From Synergistales bacterium (lineage in GTDB: Bacteria; Synergistota; Synergistia; Synergistales; Aminobacteriaceae), in assembly GCA_036788195.1 (NCBI GenBank), contig DAIQNX010000007.1, forward strand, positions 12,209-76,208: DNA of 64,000 nucleotides, read 5' to 3'. Each line of letters begins with the position of its first letter. The stretch's first letter is position 1. Positions 56,770-64,000 of the stretch are shown in pieces. The notes beneath the pieces are model-generated. The model saw only the letters and a list, made by a program, of their open reading frames with translations. It had not been told where the DNA came from and ran no database searches. The position numbers and the translations under genes are program-made.

Positions 56770-57909
56770 TCAGTGGTTCAGCGCGAGGAATGTGAGGGCG
56801 ATACGGTAGAGGAACGCTTCGTACCCTGTGAGCGCTCCGGGAGGAAGGAGTTCTTCGATCTTCGAAAGGCGGTATCGCAGCGTGTTTCTGTGGATATGGA
56901 GGATTTCCGCGGCTTCTTTGCAGGAACGGTCGCATTCGAGGAAGACTTTCAGTGTCTCGCAGAGGCTGGCGTTGTGTTCGCGATCGAACGATGACAGCGG
57001 CCCGAGGAGGGAACGCAGAGACGCAAGAAACTCCTCCCTCGCCGGATGATCGTCGAGACACGACAGGATCCCGCAGTCGCGGAAACGGAACACTCCGCTG
57101 CGACACCCGAGCGCGGCGACGATGTCGAGGGTCCTTCGGGCTTCGTAGAGGCTCCGGCGCACGCCGCACGAGAGCCCGTGCGATTCTCCGGCGCCGATGA
57201 GGAACGCCATGTCGCCCGAGTCCGGCCGGAAGCGTCGCAGCATCGGCGCCGGATCCTCATCGGGGGGACTCTTCAGCAGAAAGACGATATCTTCGCCCCT
57301 GACGGTCAGGAGAAAGTCACGTCCGAGCGACACGAACATCTCGTACAGAGCGCTCCTGATCCACGACGCTGCGCTCCCGCCCGCCCGGAGGACAACGATC
57401 CGTACGGGGGCGTGTGCCTCCCAGCCGAAACTGCCGAGTTCCTCGGCGGCCTTTTCGGGCTCCGTCCCGTAGAGCAGCCGCGCAAGGCAGTCCTGCCGGA
57501 GCGACGTCGAGCGCATCTGCGCCTCCCGGTCGAAGATCGCGGACATGACTTCCCTGATGATGGGGATATAGGCTGTGGAACGGTGGAGTCGGACGATCGG
57601 GAGCGCGCTCTCGTCGGCGATGCGGTACGCCTCGGGCGGCAGGTCGTCGATGAACCTCCCGAGCTTGATTCCGAATCCCGAGACCCTTCGTTCGACCCCC
57701 GCGCGGATCAGGCGGCAGAGGGCTTCGGGTTCGTCCTTGAAGGCATAGGCCGTCGTGAAGAGGAAGCAGTCCGGGATGATCCAGTTTTCGGCATCCGGGA
57801 CCTCGATGACGTCGACCGAACAGACGTACCGGTCGACGCCTCTTGCGCCGGCAATGACCTCGGCTTCCGCGAAGAGCGGCAGCCTGAGCATTTCCCCGAC
57901 CCGGATCAC
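56770..57909 (-). CDS. PucR/CdaR-family transcriptional regulator
   Basis: 379 aa with a GTG start 7 nt after GGAGG. The C-terminal HTH is CKEAAEILHIHRNTLRYRLSKIEELL, and the N-terminal purine-catabolism-regulator-like domain is (RLPLFAEAEVIAGARG). Confidence 0.85.
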   Translation of the reverse strand: MIRVGEMLRLPLFAEAEVIAGARGVDRYVCSVDVIEVPDAENWIIPDCFLFTTAYAFKDEPEALCRLIRAGVERRVSGFGIKLGRFIDDLPPEAYRIADESALPIVRLHRSTAYIPIIREVMSAIFDREAQMRSTSLRQDCLARLLYGTEPEKAAEELGSFGWEAHAPVRIVVLRAGGSAASWIRSALYEMFVSLGRDFLLTVRGEDIVFLLKSPPDEDPAPMLRRFRPDSGDMAFLIGAGESHGLSCGVRRSLYEARRTLDIVAALGCRSGVFRFRDCGILSCLDDHPAREEFLASLRSLLGPLSSFDREHNASLCETLKVFLECDRSCKEAAEILHIHRNTLRYRLSKIEELLPPGALTGYEAFLYRIALTFLALNH

Positions 57910-58009
57910 GCCCCTTCCTCCTTCCCTGTATCCTCACGGAAGATCGGCTTCCGGTACAAGGGTACCCCATCGGGAGGCCCGACGCAACGCTCCCGATGGA
58001 ACCGCCCCG

Positions 58010-58834
58010 TCATGCGTCCAGAGGGATCCGCAGGAGTTCCGGAAGTTCCATGATCCGGACCTCGGGCCCGAAGGCGTTCGCCGCGGGGATGATCGCCGTT
58101 CCCATGAGGATCGCCGGGATTCCGGCCGCGTGCGCCCCCACGACGTCGATCTCCGGCGTGTCGCCGACCATGACGCACCGGGTCCCGGAAGGGAGTGTCG
58201 CAAGTGCCTGCCGGAACATGTCCGGCGAGGGCTTTCCGACGACGTGCGGCTCGCGCCCGGTCGCGATCTTCAGCGCCTCGACGAGAACGCCGACGGCCGG
58301 GAGCGGGCCGCGTTCGGAGGGGTACGTCCTGTCAGCGTTCGTCGCGATGAAGCGGGCTCCTTCCCGGATCGCGATGCACGCCTCGCGGACATCCCGCATC
58401 GTGATCGCGTCGGCCCAGCCGACGATCACGGCGTCCCAGCCGGAACCGTCGCCGGTGGGACGCACGTCGAGCCCGGCCTCGCGGCATTCGTCGAGGAGCG
58501 CGTCGCCGCCGAGGATCATCGGCCGCTTGAGCCCTTCCGAGCCCGCGTATATCGCCGTCGCCCTGGCGGCCGTGAAGACCTCTTCGGGGAACGCGTCGAC
58601 GCCCATCCGGTTCAGGCGCGCGGCGATCCCTTCGCGCGAGACGCTCGGATTGTTCGTCAGGAAACGCAGCCGCTTCCCGCGCGACCGGAGTTCGCGCAGC
58701 GTCTCGGGCGCCCGGGGCGTCGGATTGCGCCCGATGTACACGACGCCGTCGAGATCGAAGAAAAACGCGTCGAAAGAATCCGCGATGGTCCGTTGTTCCA
58801 CGGCTCCGGTCCCCTTTGTCCGGTTTACGGTCAT
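58010..58834 (-). CDS. HAD-IIA (NagD-type) sugar-phosphate phosphatase family protein
   Basis: 274 aa. Motif I FFFDLDGVVY, then LTNN, and the terminal GDTPEIDVVGAHAAG fit HAD subfamily IIA. Confidence 0.85.
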   Translation of the reverse strand: MTVNRTKGTGAVEQRTIADSFDAFFFDLDGVVYIGRNPTPRAPETLRELRSRGKRLRFLTNNPSVSREGIAARLNRMGVDAFPEEVFTAARATAIYAGSEGLKRPMILGGDALLDECREAGLDVRPTGDGSGWDAVIVGWADAITMRDVREACIAIREGARFIATNADRTYPSERGPLPAVGVLVEALKIATGREPHVVGKPSPDMFRQALATLPSGTRCVMVGDTPEIDVVGAHAAGIPAILMGTAIIPAANAFGPEVRIMELPELLRIPLDA

Positions 58835-58844
58835 ATCCGTCGCG

Positions 58845-59807
58845 TCACTGCCGGGCGCGCAGCAGACGCAGCGCGATGACGAAGAGCAGGATGCCTCCCC
58901 AGAGCGCGATGGCCAGATGCGGGCTCAGCCCCAGGAGGTTCAGACCGCTGCCGATCACCTGAAGCACCATCAGCGCCGCGACGAGCCCTCCGACCTTGCC
59001 GAAGCCGCCGTCGGGATTCACGCCGCCCAGAACGGACGCGAGAACGGTCACGAGCAGGTAGGAGCTGCCGTACCCCGCGCGCGCCGAGTTGAACCGCGCG
59101 ATCATGATCAGGGCGGCGACGCCGCAGAGCAGGCCCGAAAGAATGTACGCCTTCATGAGAACGCGCTTCACGTCCACGCCCGAGTAGGCCGCGGCGTTCG
59201 CGTTCGAGCCGGTCATCCGGACGCCGACGCCCCAGGGCGTCCGGTCGATCCATACGCCGACGAGCACGGCGCAGACCGCGAAGATCACGATCGGAACCGG
59301 GATCCCGAGGACCGTTCCGTTCCCGACGAAGAGCACCGCGTCCGGAAAGCCCGAGATCACCGATCCCCGCGTGACGAGGACGCCGATCCCCTCGAGAACC
59401 GTCGTCGTCCCGAGCGTCGCGAGAATCGCGGAGACGCCCAGGTGCGCGACGACGAAGCCGTTCGCGGCGCCGACCAGCGCGGAGACGACCATGGCCGAAG
59501 CGTAGGCGAGCGCCGTAATTCCGAGGACCGCGCCGGACGACGCGTCGGCGCCGGCGAGCCGCGTGAAGCAGAACGCGGCGGTGATTCCCGCGAGATTCGC
59601 GGTCGTGATGATCGAGAGGTTGATGCCCCCGGTCATCATCGCGACCATCATCGCGAGCGCGAGGATGCCGAGCTCCGGGAGCTGGAAGGCCATCGACTGA
59701 AGGTTCGCGAGGCTGAAGAACCGCCCACCGAGAAGCGACGCGAAGAGCGCAACGAGGCAGGCCAGCAGCGCGAGCAGCGAACGGATCACGGGATCAATCC
59801 GGAACAT
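58845..59807 (-). CDS. rhaQ: Monosaccharide ABC transporter permease (RhaQ-like)
   Basis: 320-aa RbsC-type permease. It is the fourth gene in the order binding protein, ATPase, permease, permease downstream of a rhamnulokinase gene. The symbol is assigned by synteny only. Confidence 0.65.
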   Translation of the reverse strand: MFRIDPVIRSLLALLACLVALFASLLGGRFFSLANLQSMAFQLPELGILALAMMVAMMTGGINLSIITTANLAGITAAFCFTRLAGADASSGAVLGITALAYASAMVVSALVGAANGFVVAHLGVSAILATLGTTTVLEGIGVLVTRGSVISGFPDAVLFVGNGTVLGIPVPIVIFAVCAVLVGVWIDRTPWGVGVRMTGSNANAAAYSGVDVKRVLMKAYILSGLLCGVAALIMIARFNSARAGYGSSYLLVTVLASVLGGVNPDGGFGKVGGLVAALMVLQVIGSGLNLLGLSPHLAIALWGGILLFVIALRLLRARQ

Positions 59808-60837
59808 CGATGCCGACCCCCCTTCCGGCTCCGTTCCGCGCGTTCCACGCCGTGGCGCTCACGGACGACAGGATCACGCACCCGATGACGATCTGGTGCC
59901 AGTACGACGAAACTCCCAGAAGCGTCAGCCCGTTCTGCAGGATCGCGATCAGCGCGACGCCGAGCATCGTCCCGAGGAGCGTTCCGCCGCCGCCCGAGAG
60001 GCTCGCGCCCCCGAGGACGACGGCCGCGAGGACTTCCAGTTCCCGCCCGACGATCGAGTTCGGAGCGACCGTCTGCATGACCTGCGCCTGGACGACCGCG
60101 CCGACCGCCGCGAGAAAGCCCATGTAGCAGAAGACGAACAGGCGCAGGCCGAGCAGGTTGAAGCCCATGCGCGTCGCGGCCTCCGGGTTTCCGCCCATCG
60201 CGTAGATCTTGCGCCCGAGCGTCGTCCGGTTCAGAAGGAAGGCCGTGAACGCGAGAACGGCGATCAGCGCGCAGATCGCGAGCGACAGGCTGTAGGTCGC
60301 GCCGCCCTGCGTGAAGCTCCAGACGTTCACGCCGTCGGCGAACCACTTCGGGAAGTCGTAGAGCCACTTTCCGCGCGTCACGAAGATCAGGATTCCGTAG
60401 AAGACGTTCAGCGTCGCGATCGTCACGATCATCGCGGAGACGCGGAGCGAGTGGACCAGCAGACCGTTCACCGCGCCGAGCAGCAATCCCGTGCAGGCGG
60501 CCGCGCTGAAGATCACGATCCAGCCGAAGGGAGCCCCCATCGACCCGCCATACTGCACGAGGATCGACGCGACGACGTACTGGGCCACCGTGGCGGTCGC
60601 CGTGAAGGAGATGTCGATTCCGCCCGAGATGAGGACCGTGAGCAGCCCGGCCGCCATGATCCCGACGAAGGCGTAGCTGTTCAGCAGATCGAAGAGATTG
60701 CTCCACGAGAGAAAGCCGTCGGTCTTCGCGCCGAGAAAAGCGACGAGGAGCAGGATCACCCCCGCGAGCAGGAACTCCCCGCGCAGGGCCGCGAAGCCCA
60801 CGCGCGTTCGGCCGCAGAGGCGTTCGTCATTCCGCAT
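59794..60837 (-). CDS. rhaP: Monosaccharide ABC transporter permease (RhaP-like)
   Basis: 347-aa RbsC-type permease. It overlaps both neighbours (14 nt and 11 nt). The symbol is assigned by synteny only. Confidence 0.65.
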   Translation of the reverse strand: MRNDERLCGRTRVGFAALRGEFLLAGVILLLVAFLGAKTDGFLSWSNLFDLLNSYAFVGIMAAGLLTVLISGGIDISFTATATVAQYVVASILVQYGGSMGAPFGWIVIFSAAACTGLLLGAVNGLLVHSLRVSAMIVTIATLNVFYGILIFVTRGKWLYDFPKWFADGVNVWSFTQGGATYSLSLAICALIAVLAFTAFLLNRTTLGRKIYAMGGNPEAATRMGFNLLGLRLFVFCYMGFLAAVGAVVQAQVMQTVAPNSIVGRELEVLAAVVLGGASLSGGGGTLLGTMLGVALIAILQNGLTLLGVSSYWHQIVIGCVILSSVSATAWNARNGAGRGVGIDVPD

Positions 60838-62314
60838 TGATCTTCACCGCCAGTTCCTTTTGAGAGATGCTGTCGGGGCGATACTCCCCGACGATCCGCC
60901 CCTTGCGCATCAGCAGCACGCGATGGGCGTTGCAGAGAACTTCGGGAACCTCGTCGGAGATCAGGATGATCCCGATCCCCCTGGCCGCGAGCGCCTTCAC
61001 GATCTCGAAGATGCCGTGCTTCGCCGCGATGTCCACGCCGACCGTCGGCGAATCGAGGATCAGGATCTTCGGGTTCGTCGCGAGCCACTTGGCGAGAACC
61101 ACCTTCTGCTGGTTGCCCCCCGAAAGCGTCCGGACCGGTACGACCGGGTCGGAGACCTTGATGTTCAGGCTTTCGATCCACTCCCGTACGGTCGCGTCGC
61201 ACCTTCGGCCGTCGATGAGGCCCCCGCGGCCGACGAGGGAGTCGACAATCGAGAGGACGACGTTGTCCCCCGCCGACTGGTCCAGGACGAGCCCGAGCGT
61301 CAGCCGGTCCTCGGGCAGGTAGCCGATCCCGGCCCGGATCGCGTCGCGGTTCGATTCGAGCCGGACGGCCGTCCCCTCGACGCGGATTTCCCCGGAGTCC
61401 GGCGCGGAGCAGCCGAAGAGCGACAGCGCGAGTTCGGTGCGGCCCGATCCGAGCAGCCCCGTGACGCCGAGGATCTCCCCCCGGCGCAGCGTGAACGAAA
61501 TATCGGCGTAGTTGCGCTTCTTCGAGAGATTCCGGACTTCGAGCAGCGGCGCGTTCCCCTCGCAGGAGGTCCGGTTGATGCCCCAGGTAAACTGCTTCCC
61601 CGTCATCAGAAACGCGAGACGGGCGTCGTCCAGCTCCCGCGCGTCGTACACGCCGGCCTGTTCGCCGTCGCGCAGGACGGTCACGCGCCGGGCGATCTCC
61701 ATGACCTCGTCGAGCCTGTGGCTCACGAAGAGAATCGCGAGGTCCCGGCGCTGCAGATCGCGGACGACCGAAAGGAGCGCGTCGACCTCCGTTCGCGTCA
61801 GGGAGGCCGTCGGCTCGTCCATGATGACGAGACGAGCGTCCTCCGCGATCGCGCGGCAGATCGCGACGAGCTGGCGGTCCGCGATCGACAGCTCGCGGAC
61901 GGGCCTGTCGGGGTCGAGCGACACGCCGATCCGGCGCATCGCGTCGTCGGCGGACTTCCGGAGCCGCCGCCAGTCCACGAGGCGCCGTCCCTTCTCCATG
62001 TACTGCCGGATGCCGATGTTCTCGGCCACGGAGAGGTTCGGGAAGAGCGAAAGATCCTGATAGATCACCTGGACGCCCGCCGCGATCGACTCGTGCGGCG
62101 TCAGGCGCGCGCACGGCTTGCCGTCGATGCGGATCTCTCCCGCGTCGGGCGCGTAGACGCCGGACATGATCTTGATGAGCGTGCTCTTGCCGGAGCCGTT
62201 CTCCCCGACCAGGCAATGGACCTCGCCCGGGGAGATCGAAAAATCGACCCCCTTCAGCGCGTGGACGCCGCCGAAGGACTTTCGTATTCCCGTGAGTTCG
62301 ATGACGCAGGGCAT
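60827..62314 (-). CDS. rhaT: Monosaccharide ABC transporter ATP-binding protein with duplicated ABC domains (RhaT-like)
   Basis: 495 aa with two ABC cassettes (GENGSGKST ... LSIADRQLVAICRA ... LVIMDEPTA; second LSGGNQQKVVLAKW ... ILILDSPTVGVD). Confidence 0.75.
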   Translation of the reverse strand: MPCVIELTGIRKSFGGVHALKGVDFSISPGEVHCLVGENGSGKSTLIKIMSGVYAPDAGEIRIDGKPCARLTPHESIAAGVQVIYQDLSLFPNLSVAENIGIRQYMEKGRRLVDWRRLRKSADDAMRRIGVSLDPDRPVRELSIADRQLVAICRAIAEDARLVIMDEPTASLTRTEVDALLSVVRDLQRRDLAILFVSHRLDEVMEIARRVTVLRDGEQAGVYDARELDDARLAFLMTGKQFTWGINRTSCEGNAPLLEVRNLSKKRNYADISFTLRRGEILGVTGLLGSGRTELALSLFGCSAPDSGEIRVEGTAVRLESNRDAIRAGIGYLPEDRLTLGLVLDQSAGDNVVLSIVDSLVGRGGLIDGRRCDATVREWIESLNIKVSDPVVPVRTLSGGNQQKVVLAKWLATNPKILILDSPTVGVDIAAKHGIFEIVKALAARGIGIILISDEVPEVLCNAHRVLLMRKGRIVGEYRPDSISQKELAVKINAE

Positions 62315-62333
62315 ATTCCGAGCCTCCAGACTG

Positions 62334-62367
62334 AAAAAGGAGCCGCGCCGACTGCGGGAGCGGCTCC
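62334..62367 (-). terminator. Intra-operon terminator-like hairpin between the binding-protein and ATPase genes
   Basis: The minus-strand RNA reads GGAGCCGC-(13 nt)-GCGGCUCC followed by UUUUU (arms 62360-62367 and 62339-62346; T-run from A 62334-62338). A second 8-bp hairpin, AACGGCGT/ACGCCGTT, lies at 62390-62420. Confidence 0.55.
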
Positions 62368-62437
62368 CTTTGCTGCTGCTTTTTCCGCGAACGGCGTGCG
62401 GACTTCCCGCGAACGCCGTTATTGACTTCCCGCGCCG

Positions 62438-63436
62438 CTAGAAGCCGAGCTTCCCGGCGCTCTCCGCCGTGATGTCGAGGATCTTGTCGAACGTGATGAC
62501 CTTTCCCTTCGTGTCCGGGTCAGTCACGATCTTCATGGCGCCGAGTCCCTTGATTTCCTGCCCCTCTTTGATCTCCTGCTTGTCGAGCATGGCCTTCGCC
62601 ACCGCGACCATCGCGTAGCCCGCGTCCGCCGGATCCCAGAGGTAGCCGTGCGTGATGTAGCCGTCCTTGAGGGAGGGGGCCGCGTGGCTCGGGATCACCG
62701 TTCCGACGACCGCGACAGCGCCCGCCGGGCCCTTCTTCTTCAGGGCCTGCGCCGCGCCGATGGGGCCGAGGCTTCCGAAGCCGACGATGCCCTTGAGGTT
62801 CGGATAGGTCTTGAGAAGGTCGTTCGTCTTCTTGAACGACTCCTCGACCGACTCGCCGCAGGGGATCCGGTCGGTGACGAGCTTCATCTCCGGATACTTC
62901 GCCTTCACGTAGGCGAGGCCGACATCCGCCCAGTAGTTGTGGAGCGGAACGGTCAGGCTGCCGACGAATACCGCGAACTCGCCCTTGCCGCCCATTGCCT
63001 TCGCGACGCGCTCGAAATTCATCTCGCCGAACTTCTTGTTGTCGATCAGCTCGATGTCGAAATCCGCGCCCTTCTGCTTGTCGGACTCGTGCGTCAGGAC
63101 GATGATGCCCTTGGCCTTCGCCTTCGCAAAGACGGGTTCGAGCGCCTTCGCGTCGTTCGGGACGACGCAGATCGCGCTCACGCCCTTGGCGATGAGGTCT
63201 TCGACGATCTTGACCTGCTGCGCCGGGTCGGCGTCCGACGGCCCCTGCTGATAGGCGTTGACCTTGAGTTCGCCGGCCGCCCGCTTGACGCCCTCTTCAA
63301 GGCGGTTGAACCAGGGAATACCGCTGATCTTCACGACGACCGCGATTTCGGCGTCCTTCGCCTCCGCGGCGACGCCGCAGAGGATCAGGGAAAGAGCCAT
63401 GACAAGCGCAAGAGCCACAGATACGTTCTTCCTCAT
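62438..63436 (-). CDS. Rhamnose-type (RhaS/LsrB-family) periplasmic sugar-binding protein
   Basis: ATG at 63436 (MRKNVSVALAL...) lies 9 nt after AAGGAG; the track GTG at 63442 is too close to the RBS. A signal peptide and PBP type I fold collinear with RhaS/LsrB-like receptors are present. Confidence 0.8.
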   Translation of the reverse strand: MRKNVSVALALVMALSLILCGVAAEAKDAEIAVVVKISGIPWFNRLEEGVKRAAGELKVNAYQQGPSDADPAQQVKIVEDLIAKGVSAICVVPNDAKALEPVFAKAKAKGIIVLTHESDKQKGADFDIELIDNKKFGEMNFERVAKAMGGKGEFAVFVGSLTVPLHNYWADVGLAYVKAKYPEMKLVTDRIPCGESVEESFKKTNDLLKTYPNLKGIVGFGSLGPIGAAQALKKKGPAGAVAVVGTVIPSHAAPSLKDGYITHGYLWDPADAGYAMVAVAKAMLDKQEIKEGQEIKGLGAMKIVTDPDTKGKVITFDKILDITAESAGKLGF

Positions 63437-63484
63437 ATCCACACTCTCCTTCGTGCGATGATCCCCCGTTTTCGGGGGGAGAAC

Positions 63485-64000
63485 TCATCCCCGCGCGGCC
63501 CGGAGCTTCCGCAGGGCCGCGTCCCACTTCCCATCCCGCCCCGGTTCGTAGGTCGCGATGTCGTACGATCGTCCGACGATCTCCCTCCCTTCCTTCGTTC
63601 CGGAAACGTCTCCCGTCGCGACGAGCTGCGACAGCATGTTGCCGACCGCCGTCGCCTCGACGGGCCCGGCGTGGACCGGCAGGCCCGAGGCGTCCGCCGT
63701 GAAGCGGCACAGAAGCTCGGCCTGCGACCCGCCGCTGACGATGTGAACGGCCGTCACGGGCCGTCCGAAGATCCGTTCCATATCCCCGATCGCAAGGGCG
63801 TGATTCAGCGCGAGGCTCTCGTACACCGAGCGCGCGATCTCCGCTGTGGACCGCGGCGCGTCCTCGCCCCGGTCCGAGAACCACGCGGCGATCTCGCGCG
63901 GCATGTTGTCCGGATTCATGAACCGGGGGTCGTCGGGGTCGAACACGAAGCGGAGCCCCTCCGCCTCCCGCGCGGCGGCGTGGATGTCCGCGAACGAGAG
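63485..64000 (-). CDS. rhaB: Rhamnulokinase (FGGY family), C-terminal part; 5' end beyond the window
   Basis: The frame is open to the window edge. FDPDDPRFMNPDNMPREI, AEIARSVYESLAL, HIVSGGSQAELLCRFTADASGLPVHAGPVEATAVGN is collinear with my recollection of the E. coli RhaB C-terminus. Confidence 0.8.
   Translation of the reverse strand, partial: LSFADIHAAAREAEGLRFVFDPDDPRFMNPDNMPREIAAWFSDRGEDAPRSTAEIARSVYESLALNHALAIGDMERIFGRPVTAVHIVSGGSQAELLCRFTADASGLPVHAGPVEATAVGNMLSQLVATGDVSGTKEGREIVGRSYDIATYEPGRDGKWDAALRKLRAARG

Noticed and set aside
58845-64000. Interpretation of the sugar ABC cluster as an lsr (autoinducer-2) system
   Set aside because: The adjacent FGGY kinase C-terminus aligns well with remembered RhaB sequence, and the gene order matches rhaSTPQ. 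No lsrF/lsrG-like genes are visible in the window.
1-64000. CRISPR arrays, tRNA/rRNA genes, insertion sequences, prophage or defence-island genes
   Set aside because: Visual scanning found no regularly spaced repeats, no tRNA-like T-arm/acceptor patterns in the intergenic regions, and no transposase, integrase, restriction, Cas or toxin-antitoxin-like translations. Every large gap is accounted for by promoters or terminators. A computational scan (tRNAscan/Infernal/repeat finder) would still be needed to exclude small elements.

Overview
Visibly GC-rich bacterial chromosomal window (GC not computed), densely coded. I call about 52 protein genes, most on the minus strand, and many are joined by 4-nt ATGA/TTGA start/stop overlaps. 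By eye I found no rRNA, tRNA, CRISPR array, transposase, integrase or phage genes. The long Arg/Asp/Gly-rich ORFs in the track are shadow frames of the real genes. Content in order: (1) 1-11.1 kb holds an acetoacetate-centred catabolic cluster. It has a family III CoA-transferase and an HMG-CoA-lyase-like gene on the plus strand. A long minus-strand operon runs RpiR regulator, class III aminotransferase, TAXI-TRAP transporter, 3-oxoacid CoA-transferase A/B, thiolase and secreted C69 dipeptidase. (2) 11.6-15.3 kb holds a methyl-accepting chemotaxis protein and a secreted alpha/beta hydrolase. (3) 15.3-16.5 kb holds a frame-disrupted PAS/HD-GYP gene. (4) 16.5-21.5 kb holds a complete nikABCDE-like nickel ABC operon behind an AT-rich promoter with 21-bp-phased direct repeats. 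(5) 21.5-30.9 kb and 35.6-42.7 kb are signalling islands containing 4 further HD-GYP proteins, 3 sensor kinases and a FapA/DUF342 protein. One kinase is a 1606-aa hybrid with three periplasmic-binding-protein domains. (6) 42.9-49.7 kb is a tightly coupled 7-gene operon: OPT transporter, Asp/Glu/hydantoin racemase, DUF917, DUF1177, a 279-aa orphan, AroM and an M29-like peptidase. Most of its products have no assigned biochemistry, and I consider it the best candidate for an undescribed system. (7) 49.9-57.9 kb holds a PucR-family regulator and a Dpp/Opp-like ABC operon with an embedded M20 amidohydrolase. (8) 58-64 kb holds a rhamnose-type ABC transporter, a HAD phosphatase and the 3' part of rhamnulokinase. 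All family assignments come from reading the translations against remembered family signatures. None has been verified by a search.
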